The notes under the pieces: model-generated
The model's input: only the letters and a program-made list of their open reading frames with translations
What the model was told of the DNA's origin: nothing
Database searches by the model: none
Part shown: positions 28,630 through 40,121 of the stretch, one piece after another
How the letters are laid out: each line of letters begins with the position of its first letter
Numbering within the stretch: position 1 is the stretch's first letter
Made by a program: the position numbers and the translations under genes
Source: a virus
Lineage: Duplodnaviria > Heunggongvirae > Uroviricota > Caudoviricetes
Direction: 5' to 3' (one strand)
Virus record (IMG/VR): IMGVR_UViG_643348545_000007
DNA length: 63,899 nucleotides

Positions 28630-30316
28630 ACCGCGATGTGATGAACCGTCAGAAATGACCGGGACCGAACAACGTCTGTTCATCATGACTAAACTGAGCA
28701 ATCCCTGGTGGCGGCTCAATCATCTCTACAAAATACAGAACGAAAAAGGTGAGCTGGTCACCTTCAGAATGCGACCGGCGCAGCGCCAGTTGTTCCGGAG
28801 CATGCACAATAAAAATATTATCCTGAAAGCACGCCAGCTGGGGTTTTCCACGGCCATTGATATTTATCTTCTCGACCAGGCATTATTCATACCGCATCTC
28901 AAATGCGGGATTGTCGCTCAGGATAAACAGGCTGCCAGTGAAATTTTCCGCACCAAAATTGCTGTACCGTTTGATCATCTTCCTGACTGGCTGAGAGCCT
29001 CATTCACCATCGTTGAACGTCGTAGCGGAGCCAGCGGTGGCTATATCCTGTTTGGTCACGGCTCGAGTATCCAGGTGGCAACCTCATTCCGTTCAGGTAC
29101 GGTGCAGCGCCTGCATATCTCAGAGCACGGCAAAATTTGCGCAAAATATCCGGCTAAGGCGAAAGAACTGCGAACCGGTACACTTAATGCCGTCTCTGAT
29201 GAGTGCATTATCTTTGATGAATCCACTGCTGAAGGTGTGGGTGGCGATTTTTACGAGATGAGTAACCGGGCACAGGAAATCACTGCATCAGGGCTGGCGC
29301 TGACGCCACAGGATTATAAATTCCATTTTTACGCCTGGTGGCAGGATCTCAAATACAGCGCCAGAGTGCCGGAAAGCGGACTTAAGCTGTCACGGGAAAA
29401 AACAGCGTATTTTTCTGCGGTTGAAAAAGCAATGAACATCACGCTTACCGATGAGCAGAAACACTGGTACATCTGCAAGGAAACTGAACAGCGTGAGGAA
29501 ATGAAGCAGGAATTTCCCTCAACGCCACAGGAGGCGTTTCTGACGTCAGGACGACGGGTGTTCAGTGCGGAAAGCACGCTGCAGGCAGAGTCATTCTGTT
29601 CGCCACCGCTGATTGTTTATGACATTGAACCGGTTACAGGAACGAAGACCAAGGCGCAGTCTCTGCGTGACGGGAATAAAGCCGAACAGCACCGGACGCT
29701 GATGAATTATCTGCTGGTCTGGGAGCTGCCGGATCCGGATGAAGAGTATGTATGCGGAGCAGATACCGCTGAGGGGCTGGAGCACGGAGACCGCTCATCG
29801 CTGGATATCATCAGATGCAGTAATGGTGAGCAGGTGGCTCACTGGTTTGGTCATCTCGATGCGGAGCTTTTCGCTCATCTCATTGCGCAGGTCTGCCGTA
29901 TGTACAACAACGCGTTTGTGGGGCCGGAGCGTAACAATCACGGACATGCCGTTATCCTGAAACTCAGGGAACTCTATCCGACGCGTTATATCTACAACGA
30001 ACAGCACCTTGACCAGGCATATGACGACGATACGCCCCGTCTTGGCTGGCTGACAACCCGCCAGAGTAAACCGGTCCTGACAGAGGGAATGAAAACGCTG
30101 CTGAATAACGGCCTGTCGGGGATCCGCTGGTCGGGCACATTATCAGAAATGAACACCTACGTTTATGACGCGAAAGGCTCCATGAATGCACAGGAAGGCT
30201 GTTTTGATGATCAGCTTATGAGCTACATGATTGCCCAGGAGATGCGCGCCAGAATGCCGGTGAGGGTAAAACAGAAAACGGATAAACGCAGAACCACACA
30301 CTGGATGGCTCACTGA
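28610..30316 (+). CDS. Terminase large subunit
   Basis: 568-aa ORF directly upstream of portal with 1-nt overlap; position and size typical of TerL; alternative in-frame ATGs at 28655 and 28685. Confidence 0.7.
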   Translation: MTFRKNEPRCDEPSEMTGTEQRLFIMTKLSNPWWRLNHLYKIQNEKGELVTFRMRPAQRQLFRSMHNKNIILKARQLGFSTAIDIYLLDQALFIPHLKCGIVAQDKQAASEIFRTKIAVPFDHLPDWLRASFTIVERRSGASGGYILFGHGSSIQVATSFRSGTVQRLHISEHGKICAKYPAKAKELRTGTLNAVSDECIIFDESTAEGVGGDFYEMSNRAQEITASGLALTPQDYKFHFYAWWQDLKYSARVPESGLKLSREKTAYFSAVEKAMNITLTDEQKHWYICKETEQREEMKQEFPSTPQEAFLTSGRRVFSAESTLQAESFCSPPLIVYDIEPVTGTKTKAQSLRDGNKAEQHRTLMNYLLVWELPDPDEEYVCGADTAEGLEHGDRSSLDIIRCSNGEQVAHWFGHLDAELFAHLIAQVCRMYNNAFVGPERNNHGHAVILKLRELYPTRYIYNEQHLDQAYDDDTPRLGWLTTRQSKPVLTEGMKTLLNNGLSGIRWSGTLSEMNTYVYDAKGSMNAQEGCFDDQLMSYMIAQEMRARMPVRVKQKTDKRRTTHWMAH

Positions 30317-32460
30317 TGAAAAATGAAACTAATACCATGGCGACGAAAAACGACAACGGAGCCACGCCGCGTTTTTCTCAGCGCCAGTTACAGGCGCTTT
30401 GTTCTGATATTGACAGTCAGCCTAAATGGCGCGATGCCGCAAACAAGGCCTGTGCGTATTACGATGGTGACCAGTTGCCACCGGAAGTTCTCCAGGTGTT
30501 GAAAGATCGCGGTCAGCCGATGACCATCCATAACCTCATCGCGCCTACCGTTGATGGTGTTCTGGGTATGGAGGCCAAAACGCGGACTGATCTGTTGGTG
30601 ATATCAGATGATCCTGATGATGAAACAGAAAAACTGGCTGAAGCTATTAATGCTGAATTTGCCGATGCTTGCCGCCTTGGAAATATGAATAAAGCCCGTT
30701 CTGATGCCTATGCGGAACAAATCAAAGCGGGGCTCAGCTGGGTGGAGGTCAGACGGAACAGCGATCCGTTCGGGCCTGAGTTTAAGGTGTCTACTGTCAG
30801 CCGGAATGAAGTGTTCTGGGACTGGCTTAGCCGGGAGGCTGATTTAAGTGACTGCCGCTGGCTGATGCGCCGCCGCTGGATGGATACCGATGAGGCAAAA
30901 GCCACATTTCCGGGAATGGCTCAGGTTATCGATTATGCCATTGATGACTGGCGTGGTTTTGTCGATACCACGGTTACTGAAGGCCAGCCCAGTCCGTTGA
31001 TGAGTGCATGGGAAGAGTATCAGTCATGGGATCGACAGCAGAACGAATGGCTTCAGCGTGAACGCCGTCGTGTGCTGCTTCAGGTGGTTTATTACCGTAC
31101 ATTCGAGCGTCTTCCGGTGATTGAACTCAGTAATGGACGGGTGGTGGCCTTTGATAAAAATAATCTGATGCATGCGGTGGCTGTGGCATCCGGGCGGGTG
31201 CAGGTGAGAGTCGGGCGGGTAAGTCGTATTCGTGAAGCCTGGTTTGTGGGACCGCACTTTATTGTGGATCGCCCCTGCAGTGCGCCGCAGGGGATGTTCC
31301 CGCTGGTTCCCTTCTGGGGATACCGGAAGGATAAAACCGGGGAGCCTTACGGGCTGATTTCCCGGGCCATTCCGGCACAGGATGAGGTGAATTTTCGTCG
31401 TATAAAACTGACGTGGTTGCTTCAGGCCAAACGCGTGATTATGGACGAGGATGCCACCCAGTTGTCAGACAACGAGCTGATGGAGCAGATCGAGCGTCCG
31501 GATGGCATTATTAAACTGAATCCGGCCCGAAAAAATCAGAAAAGCGTTGCTGATGTTTTCCGGGTTGAACAGGATTTTCAGGTTGCCAGCCAGCAGTTTC
31601 AGGTCATGCAGGAGTCGGAAAAACTTATCCAGGACACGATGGGGGTTTATTCCGCATTTCTCGGGCAGGATTCAAATGCATCGTCCGGTGTGGCGATCAG
31701 CAACCTGGTGGAGCAGGGAGCCACAACCCTTGCCGAAATCAACGATAACTACCAGTTTGCCTGCCAGCAGGTGGGAAGGCTGTTGCTCGCTTATCTTCTT
31801 GATGACCTGAAAAAGCGGCGCAATCATGCGGTGGTGATTAATCGCGATGATCGTCAGCGTCGCCAGACCATTGTCCTCAATGCTGAAGGTGATAATGGTG
31901 AACTGACCAATGATATTTCAAGGTTAAATACACATATTGCGCTGGCTCCTGTTCAGCAGACACCGGCGTTTAAGGCACAGCTTGCACAGAGAATGTCAGA
32001 GGTTATTCAGGGGCTGCCGCCTCAGGTGCAGGCTGTTGTGCTCGATCTGTGGGTTAATCTTCTGGATGTGCCGCAGAAACAGGAATTTGTCGAACGTATT
32101 CGTGCGGCGCTGGGGACGCCAAAATCACCGGATGAGATGACTCCGGAAGAGCAGGAAGCGGCAGCACAACAGCAAGCGCTGGAGCAACAGCAGGCAGAAC
32201 TTCAGATGCGCGAAATGACAGGCCGGGTGGCTAAACTGGAAGCAGAAGCTGCCAGGGCACGCGCGGCTGCGCAACGGGATAATGCTGGCGCACAACGGGA
32301 TGTCGCCGCGGCACAGGGACAGCGTTATGTGGATGCGCTTAACCAGGCACATACGGCAGAAATCATTACCGGCATACAGAATATGGAACAGGAGCAGGAA
32401 GTTCTTCAGCAACAGATGCTGCATACACTACAACAGCGGATGCATGAAATGCCGCTCTGA
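30316..32460 (+). CDS. Portal protein
   Basis: 714 aa between terminase and scaffold; C-terminal coiled-coil-rich tail. Confidence 0.7.
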   Translation: MKNETNTMATKNDNGATPRFSQRQLQALCSDIDSQPKWRDAANKACAYYDGDQLPPEVLQVLKDRGQPMTIHNLIAPTVDGVLGMEAKTRTDLLVISDDPDDETEKLAEAINAEFADACRLGNMNKARSDAYAEQIKAGLSWVEVRRNSDPFGPEFKVSTVSRNEVFWDWLSREADLSDCRWLMRRRWMDTDEAKATFPGMAQVIDYAIDDWRGFVDTTVTEGQPSPLMSAWEEYQSWDRQQNEWLQRERRRVLLQVVYYRTFERLPVIELSNGRVVAFDKNNLMHAVAVASGRVQVRVGRVSRIREAWFVGPHFIVDRPCSAPQGMFPLVPFWGYRKDKTGEPYGLISRAIPAQDEVNFRRIKLTWLLQAKRVIMDEDATQLSDNELMEQIERPDGIIKLNPARKNQKSVADVFRVEQDFQVASQQFQVMQESEKLIQDTMGVYSAFLGQDSNASSGVAISNLVEQGATTLAEINDNYQFACQQVGRLLLAYLLDDLKKRRNHAVVINRDDRQRRQTIVLNAEGDNGELTNDISRLNTHIALAPVQQTPAFKAQLAQRMSEVIQGLPPQVQAVVLDLWVNLLDVPQKQEFVERIRAALGTPKSPDEMTPEEQEAAAQQQALEQQQAELQMREMTGRVAKLEAEAARARAAAQRDNAGAQRDVAAAQGQRYVDALNQAHTAEIITGIQNMEQEQEVLQQQMLHTLQQRMHEMPL

Positions 32461-32480
32461 AAATCCTGAACTTAACGGAA

Positions 32481-32506
32481 CCCCGTCATCGTACGGGGTT
32501 TTTTGT
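32481..32506 (+). terminator. Rho-independent terminator after portal
   Basis: CCCCGT-catcgt-ACGGGG followed by TTTTTTGTTT. Confidence 0.7.
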
Positions 32507-32617
32507 TTCCGGAGATAAGCGTTCCGGGAGCGGTGCGCTTATTCGCGGGGGCAGCGATAAGCCTTATTTACTCAACCATTCGGATCTGTCCGATAAACAG
32601 ACCATGCGGAGTTATTT

Positions 32618-33625
32618 ATGGATTTTGAATTTACGGGTGAAGAAACCCCGGAACAACTGGAAAAAATGCTGGAAGGGCTTGGGGATGTGGATATTGACGG
32701 TCACGAACAGGACGGCGTGACAGAGGCCGCCACAGAAAATCATGCGGATGAGGCAGCACAGACACAGACGGGCGATAACACTGCGGCACCGACGCCGGAT
32801 GCCAGTGCTGAGCAGACGCAGGACGTGAAGGAGCCGGAGGCGAAGGGTGTGCTCACCCGCGATGGTAAACACGTCATTCCCTATGAAGTCCTTGAGGCTG
32901 AACGTTCCGGTAAGCAGCGGGCCGAACAGGAAGCCGCACTTCTTCGGGGACAGATAGCCGAAGAAAAACGCCTGGTTGAACTGCTGACGTCTCAGATCCA
33001 CCAGGCCGGTATGAAACCCGCACCGTTACCGGAAAACGAAAAAATCTCTGATGAGAAGATTGCCCGTATCAGGGAGATGTATCCGGAAATTGGTGACGCG
33101 GTGGCTTCGCTCATCCGTAAAAATAACTATCTCCAGTCCCGTGTTCAGCAATCAGCACAGCAGGCAGAAGGTCATGGTGGTGAGGATTTATCACCGGTTC
33201 TTGATGCGATGAATGCCGTGCCGGTGCTGAAAACGTGGCAGAACTCCGATCCGGATCGCTTCTCGGTTGCCGTATCCATCGACGGGAAGCTCCAGAATGA
33301 CCCCGCATGGAAAGACAAACCGCTCACTGAACGTTTCGCCGAAGTGGCCCGCCGTACGCAGCTCGCTTTTGGTGAAGCCAGTGAGCCGCCTTCTGATGAC
33401 AAGGCAGACAACACGGATATCCGGAAAACGGCGGAAGAAAAAGTGAAAGCCGCTGAACGGGAGATGGCAGTGCCTGCTTCCCCGTCAGAGCTTGGCAACA
33501 CGGCTTCCGTCGGAACCGGTGATAATTTTGAACGGTTACTTGGTGCTTCCCATACCGAAATTGAAGCCGCCATGCGAGGCATGACGGACGCTGAAATTGA
33601 CGCGATTCTGGAAAAACTCGGGTAA
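32618..33625 (+). CDS. Scaffolding protein (putative)
   Basis: Acidic, helical 335-aa protein directly upstream of the major capsid gene. Confidence 0.55.
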   Translation: MDFEFTGEETPEQLEKMLEGLGDVDIDGHEQDGVTEAATENHADEAAQTQTGDNTAAPTPDASAEQTQDVKEPEAKGVLTRDGKHVIPYEVLEAERSGKQRAEQEAALLRGQIAEEKRLVELLTSQIHQAGMKPAPLPENEKISDEKIARIREMYPEIGDAVASLIRKNNYLQSRVQQSAQQAEGHGGEDLSPVLDAMNAVPVLKTWQNSDPDRFSVAVSIDGKLQNDPAWKDKPLTERFAEVARRTQLAFGEASEPPSDDKADNTDIRKTAEEKVKAAEREMAVPASPSELGNTASVGTGDNFERLLGASHTEIEAAMRGMTDAEIDAILEKLG

Positions 33626-33647
33626 CCACTGAAGGAGTACTGACGTA

Positions 33648-34862
33648 ATGACCACAGTAACAACAGCCCAGGCGAATAAGCTGTATCAGGTGGCGCTTTT
33701 CACGGCTGCCAACCGCAACCGCTCAATGGTGAATATACTCACTGAACAGCAGGATGCACCAAAAGCAGTTTCGCCTGACAAGAAAAGCACGAAGCAGACC
33801 AGTGCCGGTGCACCGGTTGTGCGAATCACGGACCTCAACAAACAGGCCGGTGATGAAGTGACATTCAGCATCATGCACAAACTCTCTAAACGTCCGACGA
33901 TGGGGGATGAGCGCGTTGAAGGCCGTGGTGAAGACCTCAGCCATGCTGATTTTTCCCTGAAAATTAATCAGGGCCGTCACCTGGTGGATGCGGGCGGACG
34001 TATGAGCCAGCAGCGTACGAAGTTCAACCTGGCATCCTCTGCCAGAACGCTGCTGGGTACGTACTTTAACGACCTGCAGGACCAGTGTGCGATAGTGCAT
34101 CTTGCCGGTGCCCGCGGTGATTTTGTTGCTGATGACACCATTCTGCCAACGGCAGATCACCCTGAATTCCAAAAAATCATGATCAACGACGTACTGCCGC
34201 CGACGCATGATCGTCATTTTTTCGGTGGGGATGCGACGAGTTTTGAAGGTATTGACCAGTCTGACCTGTTCACTCTTGCGCTGGTCGATAATCTCTCACT
34301 GTTTATTGACGAGATGGCTCATCCGTTACAACCGGTACGCCTGTCCGGTGATGAGCTGTATGGCGAAGATCCGTATTACGTCCTCTACGTCACGCCGCGT
34401 CAGTGGAATGACTGGTACACCTCCACGTCCGGCAAGGACTGGAACCAGATGATGACGCGTGCCGTAAACCGCTCAAAAGGGTTTAACCATCCGCTGTTCA
34501 AAGGCGAATGTGCGATGTGGCGCAATATTCTGGTCCGTAAGTATGCGGGGATGCCGATCCGTTTCTATAAGGACTCAAAGGTCCTTGTATCGAAAAACGA
34601 TATGGCAGCAACCACAGAGGAGATGCAGGCCAAGACCAACATCGACCGTGCCATGCTGCTGGGGGCTCAGGCGCTGGCGAATGCGTACGGCCAGAAGGGC
34701 GGCGGTCACTTCAACATGGTTGAGAAGAAAACGGATATGGATAACCGTACTGAGATAGCAATCAGCTGGATCAACGGTCTGAAAAAAATCCGTTTCCCTG
34801 AGAAGAGCGGCAAGATGCAGGATCACGGTGTTATTGCCGTTGATACCGCAGTGAAGCTGTGA
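33648..34862 (+). CDS. Major capsid protein
   Basis: 404-aa ORF with strong GAAGGAG RBS, followed by a strong terminator; position after scaffold. Confidence 0.7.
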   Translation: MTTVTTAQANKLYQVALFTAANRNRSMVNILTEQQDAPKAVSPDKKSTKQTSAGAPVVRITDLNKQAGDEVTFSIMHKLSKRPTMGDERVEGRGEDLSHADFSLKINQGRHLVDAGGRMSQQRTKFNLASSARTLLGTYFNDLQDQCAIVHLAGARGDFVADDTILPTADHPEFQKIMINDVLPPTHDRHFFGGDATSFEGIDQSDLFTLALVDNLSLFIDEMAHPLQPVRLSGDELYGEDPYYVLYVTPRQWNDWYTSTSGKDWNQMMTRAVNRSKGFNHPLFKGECAMWRNILVRKYAGMPIRFYKDSKVLVSKNDMAATTEEMQAKTNIDRAMLLGAQALANAYGQKGGGHFNMVEKKTDMDNRTEIAISWINGLKKIRFPEKSGKMQDHGVIAVDTAVKL

Positions 34863-34878
34863 TTTTTCCTTTCCCCAT

Positions 34879-34901
34879 GCCGGGTTATCGCCCGGCTTTT
34901 T
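34879..34901 (+). terminator. Rho-independent terminator after capsid gene
   Basis: GCCGGG-ttatcg-CCCGGC followed by TTTTT. Confidence 0.75.
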
Positions 34902-34916
34902 CAGGAGTCATTAATT

Positions 34917-35309
34917 ATGGCAAAGACTATCCTTGCTCCGTCACTGAGTGAGCGGGTTTATTCAGGTACGCATGGTAATGAGTCGGTGGCAGAAGGTGTG
35001 TTTACAGTGAATGCTGCCGAACAGGAAACCGTTATTAATCTTCTCTCACTGCCGACTGGCGTTCGCATTAATGGGATCCAACTGATTTCAAAAGGTGGTC
35101 TTGGTGGTACGGCGACCGTCAGCGTTAAATCTGGCAAGCATGAGCTCATTGGTGACAGTGGTGCAGTAACTGCCAGCTTTGCTAAATATGTGCCAGTGGA
35201 GCCGTACACCACACAGAGTGATGGAGAGCTGGTTACGGTCACCATTAAGACAGCTGCTGCGACCGGTACCCTGAATGTTCTGCTGCGTTATACCGTGGTG
35301 GGATACTGA
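34917..35309 (+). CDS. Virion structural protein (putative, 130 aa)
   Basis: Small ORF bracketed by terminators in the head gene cluster. Confidence 0.5.
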   Translation: MAKTILAPSLSERVYSGTHGNESVAEGVFTVNAAEQETVINLLSLPTGVRINGIQLISKGGLGGTATVSVKSGKHELIGDSGAVTASFAKYVPVEPYTTQSDGELVTVTIKTAAATGTLNVLLRYTVVGY

Positions 35310-35323
35310 TATAAACCTTCCGG

Positions 35324-35345
35324 CCCGCGTCATGCGGGCTTTTTT
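35324..35345 (+). terminator. Rho-independent terminator
   Basis: GCCCGC-gtcat-GCGGGC followed by TTTTT. Confidence 0.75.
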
Positions 35346-35359
35346 ATCCGGGGAATTAT

Positions 35360-35821
35360 ATGAGCGAGAAAATTGCCGTTGTCTATATCGGCCCCAAACC
35401 CGTGAAAAAGGATACCCTTACCGGGAGTCGTACACTGTTCCCGCGTCTTGAGCCGGTGCATGTTGACAGCGCGCTTGCCTGGCAGTTGCTGGCCTTTCCG
35501 GATGTCTGGGTTCGTCATGAAGAGCTTGATGGTGTGCTCAAAAAGCAACAACAGGATGAGCAGTTGCGGCAGGCACAGCAGGCGCAGGAAAGAGAACAGG
35601 TTGCTCTTGCAGAAGCGGAGAACAGTTTTGTGGTTAGCGTTGGTGGTCAGGATGTGGATTTGAGCAAACTCACGTCCGCACGGCTGGCAACGTTGTGTGA
35701 GGCAGAAGAGCTGAATATTCACAAAGACCCGAAAGAAACGGCTGATGCATTTCGTGTCCGTGTGCGTGAGGCATTTCGCCGTCGTGTTGCGGAGACTGAA
35801 CAGCATGGCGGAACTGACTGA
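35360..35821 (+). CDS. Hypothetical structural protein
   Basis: 153-aa ORF, ATG start. Confidence 0.5.
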   Translation: MSEKIAVVYIGPKPVKKDTLTGSRTLFPRLEPVHVDSALAWQLLAFPDVWVRHEELDGVLKKQQQDEQLRQAQQAQEREQVALAEAENSFVVSVGGQDVDLSKLTSARLATLCEAEELNIHKDPKETADAFRVRVREAFRRRVAETEQHGGTD

Positions 35822-36368
35822 TTTTTTACCGTATGTCCGTCGCCATATCAGTGGTCCGCTGAACATTATGATGACGGATGCGTTATCCATGTCGGCAGTG
35901 GCATTCTGCCGTCAGTCCCTGTTGTGCCGCCGTGAAGCCACGCTGTCACCGTCAGCCGGAGAGGACTGTGTGCTGCCATATGATGCGGAGAATGAAGAGT
36001 GCGTACATATTATTCGTATCCTCGCTGACGGGCGTGAGCTTTTTGCCGGTCATGATGTGGAAATCCGCCCGGGGCGGGTAATGCATTTTGCCTGTTCGCC
36101 CGGAGAGGTGAGTGTGCTTTATGCCGTTGCTCCGAAAGCAGGGAGCCGTCAGGTGCAGGATGAACTGCGGGCATGGTCTGAAGAAGTGGCTGCAGGGGCG
36201 CTTGAACGGTTGTTCATGCAGACCGGGGTTTCATGGTCAGACCCGTCGCGCGCACAGTATTTCTCTGTGCTGTTTTCTGAGGGTATCCGTCGGGCATATC
36301 GCGACACACTGGCGACAAGTCCGTACTCCTCATACCGCAATCCTGTCCGCAGACAAAGGTTTTACTGA
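35805..36368 (+). CDS. Hypothetical structural protein
   Basis: ATG at 35805 overlapping the preceding gene end; 187 aa. Confidence 0.5.
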   Translation: MAELTDFLPYVRRHISGPLNIMMTDALSMSAVAFCRQSLLCRREATLSPSAGEDCVLPYDAENEECVHIIRILADGRELFAGHDVEIRPGRVMHFACSPGEVSVLYAVAPKAGSRQVQDELRAWSEEVAAGALERLFMQTGVSWSDPSRAQYFSVLFSEGIRRAYRDTLATSPYSSYRNPVRRQRFY

Positions 36369-37018
36369 TGACGACGATTACTGAAATCATCGGACGAGTG
36401 AACACGCAACTGGTTGACCCGATGATGGTGCGCTGGCCTCTGGCTGAGCTGTGTGATTATTACAATGATGCTGTGCGGGCGGTGATTCTGGCAAGGCCGG
36501 ATGCAGGCGCAAGTCTGGAGACGCTGAATTGTGTTCCTGGTGCACGTCAGACTTTGCCTGATGGCGCAATACAGCTTCTTGACGTGATATGCCTCAGCGA
36601 TGGCAGTGCTGTAAAACCGCAATCCCGTGAGGTGCTTGATGCACAGTATCCCGACTGGCACATGCTGAGGGGGAAACCGGAATGCTTTATCAGCAGTGAT
36701 CTTGCCCCGCGCGTGTTCTGGCTGTTTCCGGCACCGGAGGAGGCTGTGAGTGTTGATGCTGTGGTCAGCCGCATTCCGGAGGCGGTGTATGTTCTGACGC
36801 AGGATGATGACACGCCTGTACCGCTGGAAGAGGCTTATGTTAACCCGCTGGTTGACTGGATGTTGTTTCGTGCATTCAGCAAGGATGCAGCCGGTGGTGC
36901 AGAGTCAGGACTGGCAGCACAACATTATCAGAGTTTTGTTGAGCAGCTCGGGATTAAACAGGGTGCAGACAGTGCATTGTCTGCCCGCAAGAAGGTGTTT
37001 AACGGAGGTGGAATGTGA
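36368..37018 (+). CDS. Hypothetical structural protein
   Basis: 216 aa; TGATG overlap with the upstream gene. Confidence 0.5.
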   Translation: MTTITEIIGRVNTQLVDPMMVRWPLAELCDYYNDAVRAVILARPDAGASLETLNCVPGARQTLPDGAIQLLDVICLSDGSAVKPQSREVLDAQYPDWHMLRGKPECFISSDLAPRVFWLFPAPEEAVSVDAVVSRIPEAVYVLTQDDDTPVPLEEAYVNPLVDWMLFRAFSKDAAGGAESGLAAQHYQSFVEQLGIKQGADSALSARKKVFNGGGM

Positions 37019-38715
37019 GTGTTGTTGTTTCGGGGACGCTGAAATCTCCTGATGGTGAGGCGATATCAGGCGCAAATATTACCCTGACGGCGCTGACAGT
37101 TTCACCGGATGCGCTCAGCGGCACCAGTGCGTCAGCAGTGACTCGTGACGGCGGGTATTACGGAATGACGCTGGAGCCGGGGGAGTATGCGGTTTCTGTG
37201 ACGGTGAAAGGGAAGACTGCTGTCTACGGACGTGTGCGTATTGAGGGGACTGAAAGTACGGTGACGCTCAATATGCTGTTACGGCGTAGTCTTGTTGAGG
37301 TGAGCATACCCGGAGAACTGCTGACAGATTTCCGGCAGATACAGAACAATGTGGCGGATGACCTTGCCACGATTCGTCGTCTGAACGAAGACACGGCGGT
37401 GAAAAATAATCAGGCTTCACAGTCGAAGGAAAGCGCTGCTGCCAGTGCGAAGACTGCATCAGAAAGCGCGAAGGCTGCGACAAGCAAAGCGACGGAGTCT
37501 GCACAAAAAGCCAGTGAGGCTGCAGAGGCGGCGACCCGGGCAGGTGAGTCTGAAAAGGCAGCGGCAGCAGACGCGAAAGAGGCCAGACAACATGCTGAAA
37601 CCGCCAGAGTGGCTCAGGAGGCCGCCGGAGACGTTCTTAAACGTGCTGAGGCTGCTACGGTTAGTGCTGAAGAAGCCAGACGTATGGCTGAGAATGCACG
37701 AGGACCTAAAGGCGATACAGGGCCGAAAGGTGATGCTGGTCCTCGTGGTGAAACAGGTCCGGCGGGTCCGCGTGGGGAGAAAGGTGAGCAGGGAGAGCGC
37801 GGACCTCAGGGACCTCGTGGGGAGCCAGGCCCGGCGGGCAGCGCAGCAAATGTGGCAGATGCGACGACGGCACAGAAGGGAATTGTGCAGTTAAGCAGCG
37901 CAACGGACAGTGATGATGAAACGAAGGCAGCCACACCGAAAGCTGTGAAGGCGGCAATGGATGAGGCCAGGGCAGCGAAACAGAAGGCAGAAGAGGTTGC
38001 GACAACCCGCCCGTCGGGAGAAAGCATACCTGGACCGAAAGGTGACAGGGGCGAGCAAGGACCGGCAGGTCCCACAGGTCCGAAAGGTGAGCGCGGTGAA
38101 CCCGGACCTCAGGGGCCTGCAGGACAGAAAGGTGAGCAGGGCCTCCGTGGGCTGCAGGGGGCGACAGGACCTGCGGGAGCAGTGGGGCCCGCAGGCCCAC
38201 AGGGACCGGCTGGTGCAGCTGGTCCCAAAGGTGATGCAGGCCCGGCAGGGCCACGAGGTGAAAGGGGACCAGCGGGGGCACAGGGTGTTCCGGGGCCGGT
38301 TGGTCCGGCAGGTCCTGCGGGTAAAACGGGGCCACGAGGTTTGCAGGGAGAAACAGGAAGACAGGGCCCGACAGGTCCACAGGGACCGACAGGTGAAACC
38401 GGACCACAGGGACCACAAGGGCCAACCGGAAGGCTGGTACCCGGGGAAATTTACAGCATCGGAACATACATTATTGCCGCACTAGGCCCGTATATAACCG
38501 ACATCGGCAGAACCTATCAGCCAGGAGAAACTGTATCGGGTTCACGCCTTAAGCGATGCGCCCTAATCAAAGACGAAAACGGAAACTATATGAAAGCTAA
38601 CACCGATGGCATTGACGGCAACCTATCCTCAGTTCCGGGCTCATGGATGGTGTGTAATGAAATTACGTCGACAAATGACAATGAAGGCATCGGGCTGTTC
38701 CAGCGCGCATACTGA
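37015..38715 (+). CDS. Tail fibre protein with long collagen-like Gly-X-Y repeats
   Basis: 566 aa, GTG start with GGAGGTGG RBS; two blocks of uninterrupted [37 protein letters not shown].. triplets. Confidence 0.75.
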   Translation: MSVVVSGTLKSPDGEAISGANITLTALTVSPDALSGTSASAVTRDGGYYGMTLEPGEYAVSVTVKGKTAVYGRVRIEGTESTVTLNMLLRRSLVEVSIPGELLTDFRQIQNNVADDLATIRRLNEDTAVKNNQASQSKESAAASAKTASESAKAATSKATESAQKASEAAEAATRAGESEKAAAADAKEARQHAETARVAQEAAGDVLKRAEAATVSAEEARRMAENARGPKGDTGPKGDAGPRGETGPAGPRGEKGEQGERGPQGPRGEPGPAGSAANVADATTAQKGIVQLSSATDSDDETKAATPKAVKAAMDEARAAKQKAEEVATTRPSGESIPGPKGDRGEQGPAGPTGPKGERGEPGPQGPAGQKGEQGLRGLQGATGPAGAVGPAGPQGPAGAAGPKGDAGPAGPRGERGPAGAQGVPGPVGPAGPAGKTGPRGLQGETGRQGPTGPQGPTGETGPQGPQGPTGRLVPGEIYSIGTYIIAALGPYITDIGRTYQPGETVSGSRLKRCALIKDENGNYMKANTDGIDGNLSSVPGSWMVCNEITSTNDNEGIGLFQRAY

Positions 38716-38734
38716 CAGACAGGAGATGACATGA

Positions 38735-39313
38735 ATGTGGAAAAAAATAAGCAATCCGCAATGGGCAGATAAAGATCACACTGCTGTCAATTGCATGGTG
38801 AAGTTTGAGCACATTGAGCAGGCGGTTCCTTTCACTGCAACAGCCAGCGATACCGAAGCATACGGGCGGGATATTTATGCCGCTTGTCTGAGAGGAGAGG
38901 CCGGTGAAATTGCAGAATATGTACAGCCATCCATCAGCCCGGAAAAAGCCAGAGAACTCAAAACCGCCGGGATCAACGCCTGGCGTAATGCGATGGAAGC
39001 GGCGAACTACACGTTTGAGCACAATGGGCGTAAATGGGACTACGGGAAGTCAACGCAGACGCGTCTTGAGCCGTCGGTGGCGGCAGCGAAAGCGGGGAAA
39101 CTGCCGGAGGCGTTTTTCTGGACGGATGCGGACAATAATGACGTACCGATGGACGCTGAAACACTGATTGCTCTGAGTGCTGCTGCAGAGCAGGCGATGT
39201 TTACCAAAGGTCTGGAAATTCATGTCAGACAGCGCACGATGAAAAAAGAGATTGAAGCACTGGGTGATGCGGAAGCTATACTGGCGTATAAGGTCGGCAT
39301 GGCTGACAGGTGA
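38735..39313 (+). CDS. Putative tail fibre assembly/chaperone protein (positional)
   Basis: 192-aa ORF immediately downstream of the tail fibre gene. Confidence 0.4.
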   Translation: MWKKISNPQWADKDHTAVNCMVKFEHIEQAVPFTATASDTEAYGRDIYAACLRGEAGEIAEYVQPSISPEKARELKTAGINAWRNAMEAANYTFEHNGRKWDYGKSTQTRLEPSVAAAKAGKLPEAFFWTDADNNDVPMDAETLIALSAAAEQAMFTKGLEIHVRQRTMKKEIEALGDAEAILAYKVGMADR

Positions 39314-39638
39314 AAAAAAAGAGGGGCGCTCCAGCCCCTTGCTACAAAGCTATGGCTAAATAAAGAATACTCAGGTCGAGGAAATAATCTGGCAATGATA
39401 ATTAAAGGAGATGCAACGGCCTCCTTCACCCCTGTCAAAGATAAAAAACTGGGGAGTGCGTGCTCCCCGAGAGCATGATACTTGTGGTTGATAGTTATTT
39501 TTATCCGGCGACAAAGATATTGAGATGAGGGCGCGGATGCAATACAGAATTTTCGTATTGCATGGTAACTGCTGATTCCTGAAACTGAAAGTCGTCATGA
39601 AACTGTAAGCGAAAAAACGGGGAGACGGCACGCTCCCC
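39313..39638. repeat. Three copies of an A-run plus GGGGAG..CTCCCC-type hairpin module
   Basis: 39313-39339 (A8 + AGGGGC-gctcca-GCCCCT), 39443-39468 (A6 + GGGGAG-tgcgtg-CTCCCC), 39612-39638 (A6 + GGGGAG-acggcacg-CTCCCC); fourth copy at 41941-41966. Confidence 0.7.
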
Positions 39639-40121
39639 AAGGTCATACATGAGATAGTGGTGTTTTTATAGTCGAAAGAATAATTGCATAAAAAGAGTGT
39701 AAATTAAACATTCAGGGGATACAGAATTTTCGTAGGCTGAGGGATTGCTGAAAATAATTTAGTGCGTCCTTCAATGGTCATTCAATGGTCATCAGATTGT
39801 GCTGATGTAAACAGTTAAGCACAATTTGATTATTTGACTTTCTTCTTTTTGTGACTAACTTCACAATTAAAGATGTAACCGTATACAAATTGTTGATGAA
39901 TAAAGAGACAGAATAAGTGGCAGGCCAGTCGTAATGCGGATATCCCTTCGCGGACGTGATATCACCGACGTTATAGTAAGGAAATTCCGAAAAACTTCAT
40001 ATTAAAATTCGGAATTTCTTCAGGAGTAAGCTCATGAGAGCGGCGAGACATCAGATTTTCTTTATATATCCGATGTTGAACTGTTTTATTTGTATACAGA
40101 TAATTTTATAGGGTATACCAC

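Noticed and set aside
37706..38467. 253-aa proline-rich minus-strand ORF, plus other antisense ORFs inside long genes (for example those within 50384..58747 and 28128..28616)
   Set aside because: They lie fully antisense to well-supported long genes, lack start context and arise from the repeat or GC-rich composition of the sense strand.
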